Assembly (NCBI GenBank): GCA_052327205.1
Contig: CM126202.1
Location: 288,548,001-288,612,000, forward strand
Length of the DNA: 64,000 nucleotides
Direction of reading: 5' to 3'
DNA from: Somniosus microcephalus
Taxonomy: Eukaryota
The notes beneath the pieces were generated by a model that made no database searches, was not told the origin of the DNA, and saw only the letters and a list, made by a program, of their open reading frames with translations. This document shows positions 14,201-27,200 of this stretch, one piece after another; the stretch's first letter is position 1; every line of letters begins with the position of its first letter. The position numbers and the translations under genes were made by a program.

Positions 14201-17200
14201 ATGTCCGATCTTCCCCCCACGATGTCAGATCTTCCCCCGCAATGTCCGATCTTCCCCATGATGTGCGATCTTCCCCTCGCGATGTCTGATCTTCCCCTCG
14301 CTATGTCCGATCTTCCTTTGCGATGTCTGATCTTCCCGCCGCGATGTCCGATCTTCCCCTTGCGATGTCCGATCTTCCTTCGCGATGTACGATCTTTCCC
14401 GCGCGATGTCCGATCTTCGCCTCGTAATGTCCAATCTTTTCTCCGCGATGTCCGATCTTCTGCTCACGACATCCAATCTTCTCTCCGTGATGTCCGATCT
14501 TCCCCCCGCGATGTCCGATCTTCCCTCAGGATGTCCGATCTTCCCCCGCAATGTCCCATCTTCCCCCTGCAATGTCCGATTTTATCCGCGCAATGACCAG
14601 TTCTCCCCCTGCGATGTCCGATCTTCCCCACGATGTCCGATCTTCCCCCGCGATGTCCGATCTTCCCCCTGCGATGTCCGATCTTCTCCCCGTGATTTCC
14701 GATCTTCCCCCCACGATGTCTGATCTTCCCCCGCGATGTCCGATCTTCCCCCGCGATGTCCGATATTCCACCCGTAATGTCAGATCTTCCGCTCACGATA
14801 TCCGACCTTCTCCCCTCACAATGTCTGATCTTCTCCCACGATGTCCGATCTTCCCCTGCGGTGTGCGAACTTCCCCTCGTGATGTCTGATCTTGCCCTCG
14901 CGATATCCGGTTATCCACCGCAATGTCGGATCTTCCCCCGTGATGTCCGATCCTCCCCCATGATGTCCGATGTTCCCCCACAATGTCCAATCTTCCCCAC
15001 GCAATGTCCGATCTTCCACTTGCAATGTCCATTCTTCTCCCCTCGCGATGTCTGATCTTCTCCCGCGATGTCCGATCTTCCCCCCGCAATGTCCAATCTT
15101 CCCCCGTGATGTCCGATCTTCCTCCGGGATGTCCGATCCTCCCCGTGATGTAAGAACTTCTCCCCGCAATGTCCGATCTTCCCTCCGCGATGACCGATCT
15201 TCCCCTTGCAATATCCGATCTACCCCCCGCAATGTCTGACCTTCTCCCCTCACGATGTCTGATATTCTTCCGCGATGTCCAATCTTCCCCCGCGATGTGC
15301 GATCTTCCCCTCGCGATGTCTGATCTTCCCGTCGCGATATCCGATCTTCCCCCGCAATGTCGGACCTTCCCCTTGCTATGTCCGATCTTCCTTCACGATG
15401 TCTGATCTTCCCGCCGCGATGTCCGATCTTCCCCTCGCGATGTCCGATCTTCCCCTTGCAATGTCCGATCTTCCCCTCATTATATTCGATCTTCCTTCGC
15501 GATGTCCGATCTTCCCCGCGCGATGGCCGATCTTCCCCCGCGATGTCCGTTCTTCCCCGGCAATGCCCAATCTTGCCCTCGCGATGTCCAATCTTGCCCC
15601 CGCGATATCCGATCTTGCCCAGCAATGTCGGATCTTCCCCCCGCGATGTACCATCTTCCCCCATGATGTCCGATCTTCCCCCATGATGTCCGATTGTCCC
15701 CCGGCATGTCTGAACTTCCCAGCGCGTTGTCGATCTTCACCCGCGATGTCCGAACTTCCCCCGCGATGTCCGATCTTCCCCTCGAGAAGTCCGATCTTCA
15801 CCCCACGGTGTCCGACCTTCCCCGCGCGATGGCCGACCTTCCCCCGCGATGTCCGTTCTTCCCCCACGATGTCCGATCTTCCCCTCGAGAAGTCCGATCT
15901 TCTCCCCACTGAGTCTGATCATCCCTGCGCGATGTCCGATCTTCCCCCACGATGTCCGATCTTCCCCCTCGATGTCCGATCTTTCCTTCGAGAAGTCCTA
16001 TCTTCTCCCCATGGTGTCCGATCTTCCCCTCATGATGTACGATCTCCCCCCGCGATGTCTGAACATCCCCCGTGATGTCCGAATTTCACCCCGCAATGCC
16101 CGATCTTCCCCTCGCGATCTCCGATCTTCCTCCGCAATGTCCGATCTTATCCCCACAATGTCCGAGTTTCCCCCGCAATGTCAGATCTTTCCCTCGAGAT
16201 GTCCGATCTTCCCCCACAATGTCCAATCTTCACCCGCTATGTCAGGTCTTGCCCCGCAATGCCCAATCTTACCCCCGCAATGTCTGATCTTCCCCTGTGA
16301 TGTCCGATCTTCCCCACGCGATGTCCGATCTTCTCCCAAAATGTCCGATCTACCCCCCGCAATATTCAACCTTACCCCCGCAATGTCTGATCTTCCCCTA
16401 TGATGTCCGATCTTCCCCCACGATGTCCGATTGTCCCCCGCCATGTCCGAACTTCCCGGCGCGTTGTCGACCTTCCCCCGTGATGTCCGATCTTCCCCAG
16501 CGATGTCCGATCTTCCCCTCGAGAAGTCCGATCTTCGCCCCACGGTGTCCGACCTTCCCCTCGCGATGGCCGATCTTCCCCCACGATGTCCGTTCTTCCC
16601 CCGCGATGTCCGGTCTTCCCCTCGAGAAGTACGATCTTCTCCCCACTGTGTCCGATCTTCCCCTCACGATGTCCGATCTTCCTTCACGATATCTGATCTT
16701 GCCCCCGCGATGTCCAATCTTCCCCTCACAATGTCCGATCTTCCCCCCACGATGTCCGATCTTTGCCTCGTGATGACCAATCTTTTATTCGCGATGACCG
16801 ATCTTCCCCCCACGATGTCCAATCTTCCCTCAGGATGTCCAATCTTCCCCCGCAATGTCCGATCTTCCACCCGCGATGTCCGATTTTATCCGCGCGATGA
16901 CCGATTTTCCCCCTGTGATTTCCGATCTTCCCCCGCAATGTCAGATGTTCCCCCGCAATGTCCAATCTTCCCCCGTGATGTCCGATCATCCCCCTGTGGT
17001 GTCTGATCTTCCCCCGCGATGTCTGATCTTCCCCCGCAATATTCGATCTTCAACCCGCGATGTCCGATCTTCTCCCCGCGATGGCCGGTCATCCCCCCGC
17101 GATGCCCGATCTTCCCCCCGTGATGTCCGATCTTCCCACCATGATGTACGATCTTCCCCCCGTGATGTCCAATCTTCCCCCGCGATGTCCGATCTTCCCC

Positions 17201-20200
17201 CCGCAATGTCCAATCTTCCCCCCGTAATGTCAAATCTTCCGCTGACAATATCCAACCTTCTCCCCTCAAAATGTCTGATCTTCCCCCGCGATGTCCGATC
17301 TTCCCCCATGATGTCCGATGTTCCCCCACAATGTCCAATCTTCCCCGCGATGTCCGATTTTCCCCCCGCACTGTCCAATCTTCCCCCATGATGTCTGATC
17401 TTCCCCCAGGATGTCCGATCCTCCCCGCAATGTAAGAACTTCCCCCCGCAATATCCGATCTTCCCTCCGCGACGACCGATCTTCCCCTTGCAATATCCGA
17501 TATACCCCCCGCAATGTCCTACCTTCTCCCCTCGCGATGTCTGATCTTCTCCCGCGATGTCCAATCTTCCCCCACGATGTGCAATCTTCCCCTTGTGATG
17601 TCCGATCTTCCCGTCGCAATATCCAATCTTCCACCGCAATGTCGGATCTTCCCCTCGCTATGTCCGATCTTCCTTCGCGATGTCTGATCTTCCCGCCGCG
17701 ATGTCCGATCTTCCCCTCGCGATGTCCGATCTTCCCCTCGCGATGTCCGATCTTCCCCTCGTTATATCCGATCTTCCTTTGCGATGTCCGATCTTCCCCG
17801 CGCGATGTCCGATCTTCGCCTCGCGATGTCCAATCTTTCCTCCGTGATGTCCGATCTTCTGCCCACGATGTCCAATCTTCTCTCCGTGATGCCCAATCTT
17901 CCCCCCGTGATGTCCAATCTTCCCTCAGGATGTCCGATCTTCCCCCGCAATGTCCCATCTTCCCCCTGTGATGTCCGATCTTCCCCCGCGATGTCCGATC
18001 TTCCCCTGTGATATCCGATCTTCCCCCCTCGATGACCGATCTTCTCCCCGCGATGTCCGATCTTCCCCCCATGATGTCAGATCTTCCCCCGCAATGTCCG
18101 ATCTTCCCCCGCGATGTCCGATCTTCCCACCGTGATGTCCGATCTTCTTCCCGCGATGTCCGATCTTCCCCACGCAATGTCCGATCTTCCACTTGCAATG
18201 TCCATTCTTCTCCCCTCACGATGTCTGATCTTCTCCCGCGATGTCCGATCGTACCCCGCGATGTCCAATCTTCCCTTCCCGATGTCCAATCTTCCCCCGC
18301 GATGTCTGATCTTCCCCGCGATGTCCGATTTTACCCCCGCTATGTCCAATCTTCCCCCATGATGTCCGATCTTCCCCCAGGATGTCCGATCCACCCCGCG
18401 ATGTAAGAACTTCCCCCCGCAATATCTGATCTTCCCTCCGCGACGACCAATCTTCCTCTTGCAACATCCGATCTACCCCCCGCAATGTCCGACCTTCTCC
18501 CCTCGCGATGTCTGATCTTCTCCCGCGATGTCCAATCTTCCCCCGCGATGTGCGATCTTCCCCTCACGATGTCCGATCTTCCCGTCGCGATATCCGATCT
18601 TCCACCGCAATGTCGGATCTTCTCCTCGCTATGTCCGATCATCCTTCGCGATGTCTGATATTCCCGCCGCGATGTCTGATCTTCCCCTCGCAATGTCCGA
18701 TCTTCCCCTCGTGATGTCCGATCTTCCCCTCATTATAACCGATCTTCCTTCGCGATGTCCGATCTTCCCCGCGCGATGCCCGATCTTCCCCGCGCGATGT
18801 CCGATCTTCGCCTCACGATGTCCAATCTTTCCTCCGCGATATCTGATCTTCCCCCGCAATGTCTCATCTTCCACCTGCTTTGTCTGATTTTATCCACGCG
18901 ATGACCAGTTCTCCCCCTGCGATGTCCGATCTTCACCCGCGATGTCCGATCTTCCCCCGCGATGTCCGATCTTCCCCCCGCGATGTCCGATCTTCTCCCC
19001 GCGATGTCCGATCTTCCCCCCGCGATGTCCGATCTTCCCCCCGCGATGTCTGATCTTCCCCCGCAATGTCCGATCTTCCCCCGTGATGTCCGATCTTCCC
19101 GCCGTGATGTCCGATGTACTCCCCGCGATGTCCGATCTTCCCACTGCTATGTCTGATCTTCCCCTGCGATGTCCGATCTTCCCCCTCGATGTCCAATCTT
19201 CCCCCCCGATGTCCGATCTTCCCCTCGCGATGAATGACCTTCCCCCGCGATGTCCGATCTTCCCTCATGATGATCGATCTTCGCCCGCGATGTCCGATCT
19301 TCCCCTCGCGATGTCCGATCTTCTCCCCGCAATGTCCGATCTTCTCCCCATGATGTCCAATCTTCCCCCCGCAATGTCTGATCTTCCCCCATGATGTCCG
19401 ATCTTCCCCCGCGATGTCCAATCTTCCTCCCGCAATGTCTGATCTTCTCCCTGCGATGTCCGATCTTTCCCCCGCGATGTCCAATCTTCGCCACGCAGTG
19501 TCCAATCTTTTCTCCACCATGTCCAATCTTCTCCCCGTGATGTCCGATCTTCCCCCCACGATGTCCGATCTTCCCTCAGGATGTCCGATCTTCCCCCGCA
19601 ATGTCCGATCTTCTCCCCGCGAGGTCCAATCTTCCCTCGCAATGTTCGATCTTCCCTCGCGATGTCCGATATAACCCTCACGATTTCCGATCTCCCCTGC
19701 GGTGTCTGAACATCCCCTGCGATGTCCGAACTTCACCCTGAAATGTCCGATCTTCCCCTCGCAATGTCCGATCTTCCCCTCACGATGACCGATCTTCCTC
19801 CACAATGTCCAATCTTCCTCCGCGATGTCCGATCTTCCCCCACGATGTCTGATCTTTCCCTCGAGATGTTCGATCCTCCCCCGCGATGTCTGATCATCCC
19901 CCGCAATGTCCGAACTTCCCCCACGATGTTCGATCTTCACCCCGCAATGTCCGATCCTCTCCCCGCGATGCCTGATATTCCCCCCGCAATGTCTGATCTT
20001 CCCCCGCCATGTCTGATCTTTCGCCGGCGATATCCGATCATTCACTGCGATGTCCGATCTTCCCCCACGATGTCCAGTCATCTCCCTTCGATGTCCGATC
20101 TTCCCCCCGTGATGCCCAATCATCCCCCGTGATGTCCGATCTTCCCGCCACGATGTCCGATCTTCCCCCCGTGATGTCCAATCTTCCCCCGCGATGTCCG

Positions 20201-20209
20201 ATCTTCCCC

Positions 20210-21230
20210 CGCAATGTCCGCTCTTCCCCCCGTAATGTCAGATCTTCCGCTCACGATATCCGACCTTCCCCCCTCACAATGTCTGATCTTCTCCCACGAT
20301 GTCCGATCTTCCCCTGCGGTGTGCGAGCTTCCCCTCGTGATGTCCAATCTTGCCCTCGTGATATCCGGTCATCCACCGCAATGTCGGATCTTCCCCCGCG
20401 ATGTCCGATCTTCCCCCATGATGTCCGATGTTCCCACACAATGTCCAATCTTCCCCACGCAATGTACGATCTTTCACTTGCAATGTCCATTCTTCTCCCC
20501 TCACGATGTCTGATCTTCTCCCGCGATGTCCGATCGTCCCCAGCAATGTCCGATCTTCCCTTCCCGATGTCCAATCTTCCCCTGGGATGTCTGATCTTCC
20601 CCGCAAAATCCGATCTTCCCCCCGCAATGTCCAATCTTCCCCCGTGATGTCCGATCTTCCCCCGGGATGTCCGATCCTCCCCGCGATGTAAGAACTTCCC
20701 CCCGCAATGTCCGATCTTCCCTCCGCGACGACCGATCTTCCCCTTGCAATATCCGTCTACCCCCTGCAATGTCCGACCTTCTCCCCTCGCAATGTCTGAT
20801 CTTCTCCCACGATGTCCGCTCTTCCCCCCGTAATGTCAGATCTTCCGCTCACGATATCCGACCTTCCGCCCTCACAATGTCTGATATTCTCCCACGATGT
20901 CCGATCTTCCCCTGCGGTGTGCGAGCTTCCCCTCGTGATGTCCAATCTTGCCCTCGTGATATCCGGTCATCCACCGCAATGTCGGATCTTCCCCCGCGAT
21001 GTCCGATCATCGCCCATGATGTCCGATGTTCCCACACAATGTCCAATCTTCCCCACGCAATGTACGATCTTCCACTTGCAATGTCCATTCTTCTCCCCTC
21101 ACGATGTCTGATCTTCTCCCGCGATGTCCGATCGTCCCCAGCAATGTCCGATCTTCCCTTCCCGATGTCCAATCTTCCCCTGGGATGTCTGATCTTCCCC
21201 GCGAAATCCGATTTTCCCCCCGCAATGTCC
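20210..21230. repeat. Higher-order tandem duplication, 598 bp unit
   Basis: ORFs 20214/20812 have identical translations and 20428/21026 match, both offset 598; shared private variants GTTCCCACAC and CGTCCCCAGCAATG. Confidence 0.9.
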
Positions 21231-24200
21231 GATCTTCCCCCCGCGATGTCTGATCTTCCCCCGCAAAGTCCGATCTTCCCCCGTAATGTCCGATCTTCCC
21301 GCTGCGATGACCGATCTTCTCCCCGCGATGTCCGATCTTCCCCCTGCGATGGAGGATCTTCCCGCCGCGATGTCTGATCTTCCCCTGCAATGTCTGATCT
21401 TCCCCCGCGATGTTCGATCTTCCCCCCGTGATGTCCGATCCTCTCCCCACGATGTCTGATATTCCCCCCGCGATGTCTGATCTTCCCCCGCCATGTCTGA
21501 TATTTTGCTGGCGATATCCGATCATTCACTGTGATGTCCGATCTTCCCCCGCAATGTCCGGTCATCCCCCCGCGAAGTCCAATCTTCCCCCCGTGATGTC
21601 CGACCTTCTCCCCTCACGATGTCTGATCTTCTCCCACGATGTCCGATCTTCCCCTGTGGTGTGCGATCTTCCCCTCGTGATGTCTGATCTTGCCCTCGCG
21701 ATGTCCGGTTGTCCACCGCAATGTCGGATCTTCCCCCGCGATGTCCGATCTTCCCCCACGATGTCCGATCTTCCCCCACAATGTCCGATCTTCCCCACGC
21801 ACTGTCCGATTCTCCACTTGCAATGTCCATTCTTCTCTCCTCGTGATGTCTGATCTTCTCCTGCGATGTCGGATCGTCCCCCGCGATGTCCGATCTTCCC
21901 TTCCCGATATCCAATCTTCCCCCGGGATGTCCGATCATCCCCGCAATGTTCGATCTTCCCCCCACAATGTCCAATCTTCCCCCGTGATGTCGGATCTTTC
22001 CCCGGGATGTCCGATTCTCCCTGCAATGTAAGAACTTCCCCCTGCAATGTCCGATCATCCCTCCGTGATGACTGATCGTCCCGTTGCAATATCCGATCTA
22101 CACCCCGCAATGTCCGACCTTCTCCCCTCGCGATGTCGGATCTTCTCCCGCGATGTCCAATCTTCCCCCGTGATGTGCGATCTTCCCTTCGCGATGTCCG
22201 ATCTCCCCCGCGATGTCTGAGCTTCCCCCGCGATGTCCGAGCTTCCCCCTGCAATGTCCGATCTTCCCCCCGCAATATCTGATCTTCCCCCGCAATGTCC
22301 GATCTTCCCCCGCAATGTCCCATCTTCCCCCGCAATGTCCGATCTTACCCACGCGATGTCCGATCTTACCCCTCAATTTCCGATCTTACCCCCGCTATGT
22401 TCGATCTTGCCCCGCGATGTCCAATCTTACTCCCGCGAGGTCTGATCTTCCCCTCTGATGTCCGATCTTCCCCCCACGATGTCCGATCTTCCCCTCGCGA
22501 TGTCCGATCTTCACCTGCAATTTCTGATCTTCCCCTCGCGATGTCCGATTTTCGCCCGCGATTTCTGATCTTCCCCCCGGGATGCCCAATCTTCCCCCGC
22601 GATGTCCGATCTTCCCCCGCAAGGTCCGATCTTCACTTGCGATGTCTGATCTTCAACCTGCGATGTCCAATCATGCCCTGCGATGTGCGATCTTGCCCCC
22701 CGAGCTCTGAACTTCGCCCCGTGATGTCCGATCTTCGCCCGCGATGTCTGATCTTCCCCCCCGCGATGTCCAATCTTCCCCCGCGATATCCGATCATACC
22801 CCACAATGTCCGATCTTCCCTCGTGATGTCTGACCTTCCTCGCGATATCCGATCATACCCCACAATGTCCGATCTTCCCTCGTGATGTCTGACCTTCCTC
22901 GCAATGCCCAATCTTCCCCCGCGATGTCCAATCTTCCCCCGCGAGCTCCGATATTCCCCCTGTGATTTCCGATCTTCCCTCCACGATATTCAATCTTCCC
23001 TCATGATGTCCAGTCTTCGGCCGCGATGTCTGGTCTTCCCCCGCAATGTCCGATCTTCCCTCGCGATGTTCGATCTTCCCCTGTGATGTCTGATCTTCCC
23101 CCGAGATGTCCGATCTCCCCTCGCGATGTCCGATCTTCTCTCCACAATGTCCAATCTTGCCCTCGCGATGTCCAATCTTTCCCCCACGATATCCGATCTT
23201 GCCCGGCAATGTCGGACCTTCCCCCCGCGATGTACGATCTTCCCCCGTGATGTCCGATCTTCCCCCCGATGTCCGATTGTCCCCCGCCATGTCCAAACTT
23301 CCCAGCGCTTTGTCGATCTTCCCCCGCGATGTCCGTTCTTCCCCTCGAGAAGTCCGATCTTCACCCCACGGTGTTCGATCTTCCACGCGCGATGGCCGAT
23401 CTTCACCCGCGATGACCGATCTTCCCCCGCGATGTCTGATCTTCCCCTGGAGAAGTCTGATCTTCTCCCCACTGTGTCCGATCTGCCCCGCGCAATGTCC
23501 GATCTTCCCCCGCAATGTCTGATCTTCCCCCGCGATGTCCGATCTTTCCTTCGAGAAGTCCTATCTTCTCCCCACGGTGTCCGATCTTCCCCTCATGATG
23601 TACGATCTCCCCCCGCGATGCCTGAACTTCCCCCGTGATGTCCGAATTTCACCCCGCAATGCCTGATCTTCCCCTCGCGATGTCCGATCTTCCTCCGCAA
23701 TGTCCGATCTTATCCCCACGATGTCCGATTTTACCCCGCAATGTCAGATCTTTCCCTCGAGATGTCCGATCTTCCCCCACAATTTCCAATCTTCCCCCGT
23801 GATGTCAGGTCTTGCCCCGCAATGCCCAATCTTACCCCCGCAATGTCTGATCTTCCCCTGTGATGTCCGATCTTCCCCACGCGATGTCCGATCTTCTCCC
23901 AAAATGTCCGATCTACCCCCCGCAATATTCAATCTTACCCCCGCAATGTCTGATCTTCCCCTGTGATATCCGATCTTCCCCCACGATGTCCGATTGTCCC
24001 CCACCATGTCCGAACTTCCCGGCGCGTTGTCGATCTTCCCCCGCGATGTCCGATCTTCCCCTCGAGAAGTCCGATCTTCTCCCCACTGTGTCCGATCTTC
24101 CCCTCACGATGTCCAATCTTCCTTCGCGATGTCTGATCTTCCCCCGCGATGTCCAATCTTCCCCTCACGGTATCCGATCTTCCCCCCTCGATGTCCGATC

Positions 24201-27200
24201 TTTGCCTCGTGATGACCAATCTTTTATCCGCGATGACCGATCGTCCCCTCACGATGTCCAATCTTCCCTCAGGATGTCCAATCTTCCCCTGCAATGTCCG
24301 ATCTTCCCCCCGCGATGTCTGATTTTATCCGCATGATGACCGATTCTCCCCCTGTGATTTCCAATCTTCCCCCGTGATGTCAGATCTTCCCCCGCAATGT
24401 TCAATCCTCCCACCGCAATGTTCAATCCTCCCCCGTGATGTCCGATCTTCCCCCACGATGTCTGATCTTCCCCCGCAATATTCGATCTTCCACCCGCGAT
24501 GTCCGATCTTCTCCCCGCGATGTCTGATATTCCCCCCGCAATGTGTGATCGTCCCCCGCCATGTCTGATTTTTCGCCGGTGATATCCGATCATTCGCTGC
24601 GATGTCCGATCTTCCCCCGCGATGTCCGGTCATCCCCCCGCGATGTCCGATCTTCCCACTGTGATGTCCGATCTTCCCCCCACGATGTACGATCTTCCCC
24701 CCGTGATGTCCAATCTTCCCCCGCGATGTCCGGTCTTCCCCCTGCAATGTCCAATCTTCCCCCCGTAATGTCAAACCTTCCGCTCACAATATCCGACCTT
24801 CTCCCCTCACAATGTCTGATCTTCCCCCGCGATGTCCGATCTTCCCCCACGATGTCCGTTATTCCCCCACAATGTCCAATCTTCCCCACGCAATGTCCGA
24901 TCTTTCACTTGCAATGTCCATTCTTCTCTCCTCACGATGTCTGATCTTCTCCCGCGATGTCCGATCATCCCCTGCGATGTCCGATCTTCCCTTCCCGATG
25001 TCCAATCTTCCCCCGGGATGTCTGATCTTCCCCGCGATGTCCGATCTTCCCCCCGCAATGTCCAATCTTCCCCCATGATGTCCGATCTTCCCCCGGGATG
25101 TCCGATCCTCCCCGCGATGTAAGAACTTCCCCCCGCAATGTCCGATCTTCCCTCCGCGATGACCGATCTTCCCCTTGCAATATCCGATCTACCCCCCGCA
25201 ATGTCCGACCTTCTCCCCTCGCGATGTCTGATCTTCTCCCACGATGTCCAATCTTCCCCGCGATGTGTGATCTTCCCCTCGCGATGTCCGATCTTCCCGT
25301 CGCGATATCCGATCTTCCACCGCAATGTCGGATCTTCCCCTCGCTATGTCCGATCTTCCTTCACGATGTCTGATCTTCCCGCCGCGATGTCCGATCTTCC
25401 CCTCGCGATGTCTGATCTACCCCTCGCGATGACCGATATTCCCCTTGTTATATCCGATCTTCCTTCGCGATGTCCGATCTTCCCCGCGCGATGTCCGATC
25501 TTCGCCTCGCGATGTCCAATCTTTTCTCCGCGATGTCCGATCTTCTGCCCACGATGTCCAATTTTTCTCCGTGATGCCCGATGTTCCCCCCGCGATGTCC
25601 AATCTTCCCTCAGGATGTCCGATCTTCCCCCGCAATGTCCCATCTTCCCCCTGTGATGTCCGATTTTATCCGCGCGATGACCAGTTCTCCCCCTGCGATG
25701 TCTGATCTTCCCCCGCGATGTCCGATCTTCCCCCGCGATGTCCGATCTTCTCCCCGCGATGTCCGATCTTCCCCCCGCGATGTCCGATCTTCTCCCCGTG
25801 ATGTCCGATCTTCCCCCCGCGATGTCTGATCTTCCCCCGCAATGTCCGATCTTCCCCCGTGATGTCCGATCTTCCCCCGTGATGTCCGATCTTCCAGCCG
25901 TGATGTCCGTTCTTCTCCCCGCGATGTCTGATCTTCCCCCGCGATGTCCGATCTTCCCGCTACGATGTCCAATCTACTCCCCGCGATGTCCCATCTTCCC
26001 ACTGCGATGTCTGATCTTCCCCTGCGATGTCCGATCTTCCCCCTCGATGTCCGATCTTCCCCCCCGATGTCCCATCTTCCCCTCGCGATGAATGACCTTC
26101 CCTCATGATGTCCGATCTTCCCTCATGATGTTCCATCTTCGCCCGCGATGTCCGACCTTCTCCCCGCAATGTCCGATCTTCTCCCCACGATGTCCAATCT
26201 TCCCCCCGCAATGCCTGATCTTCCCCCATGATGTCTGATCTTCCCCCACGATGTCCGATCTTCCTCCCGCAATGTCTGATCTTCTCCCTGCGATGTCCGA
26301 TCTTCCCTCGCGATGTTCGATCTTCCCTCGTGATGTCCGATCTTCTCCTCACGATGTCCGATCTTTCCCCCGCGATGTCCAATCTTCGCCACGCAGTGTC
26401 CAATCTTTTCTCCACCATGTCCAATCTTCTCCCTGTGATGTCCAATCTTCCCCCCACGATGTCCGATCTTCCCTCAGGATGTCCGATCTTCCCCCGCAAT
26501 GTCCGATCTTCTCCCCGCGAGGTCCGATCTTCCCTCGCAATGTTCGATCTTCCCTCGTGATGTCCGATATACCCCTCGTGATTTCCGATCTCCCCCACGA
26601 TGTCTGAACTTCCTCTGCTATGTCCGAAGTTCACACGGAAATGTCCGATCTTCCCCTCGCGATGTCCGATCTTCTCCTCACGATGACCGATCTTCCTCTG
26701 CAATGTCCAATCTTCCTCCGCGATGTCCGATCTTCACCCACGATGTCTGATCTTTCCCTCGAGATGTTCGATCTTCCCCCGCGATGTCTGATTATACCCC
26801 GCAATGTCCGAACTTCCTGCGCGATGTTCGATCTTCCCCCCGCGATGTCCGATCCTCTCCCCACGATGTCTGATATTCCCCCCGCGATGTCTGATCTTCC
26901 CCCGCCATGTCTGATCTATCGCCGGCGATATCCGATCATTCACTGCGATGTCCGATCTTCCCCCGCGATGTCCGGTCATCCCCCTTCCCCCCGTGATGCC
27001 CGATCTTCCCCCGTGATGTCCGATCTTCCCCCCACGATGTCCAACCTTCCCCCTGTGATATCCAATCTTCCCCCCGTGATATCCAATCTTCCCCCGCGAT
27101 GTCCAATCTTCCCCCCGCAATGTCAGCTCTTCCCCCCGTAATGTCAGATCTTCCGCTCACGATATCCGACCTTCCCCCCTCACAATGTCTGATCTTCTCC

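Noticed and set aside
22783-22905. Small 3-monomer duplications (59 bp here, ~61 bp at ~4545-4670)
   Set aside because: Real but routine slippage products that add nothing beyond the larger duplications listed.
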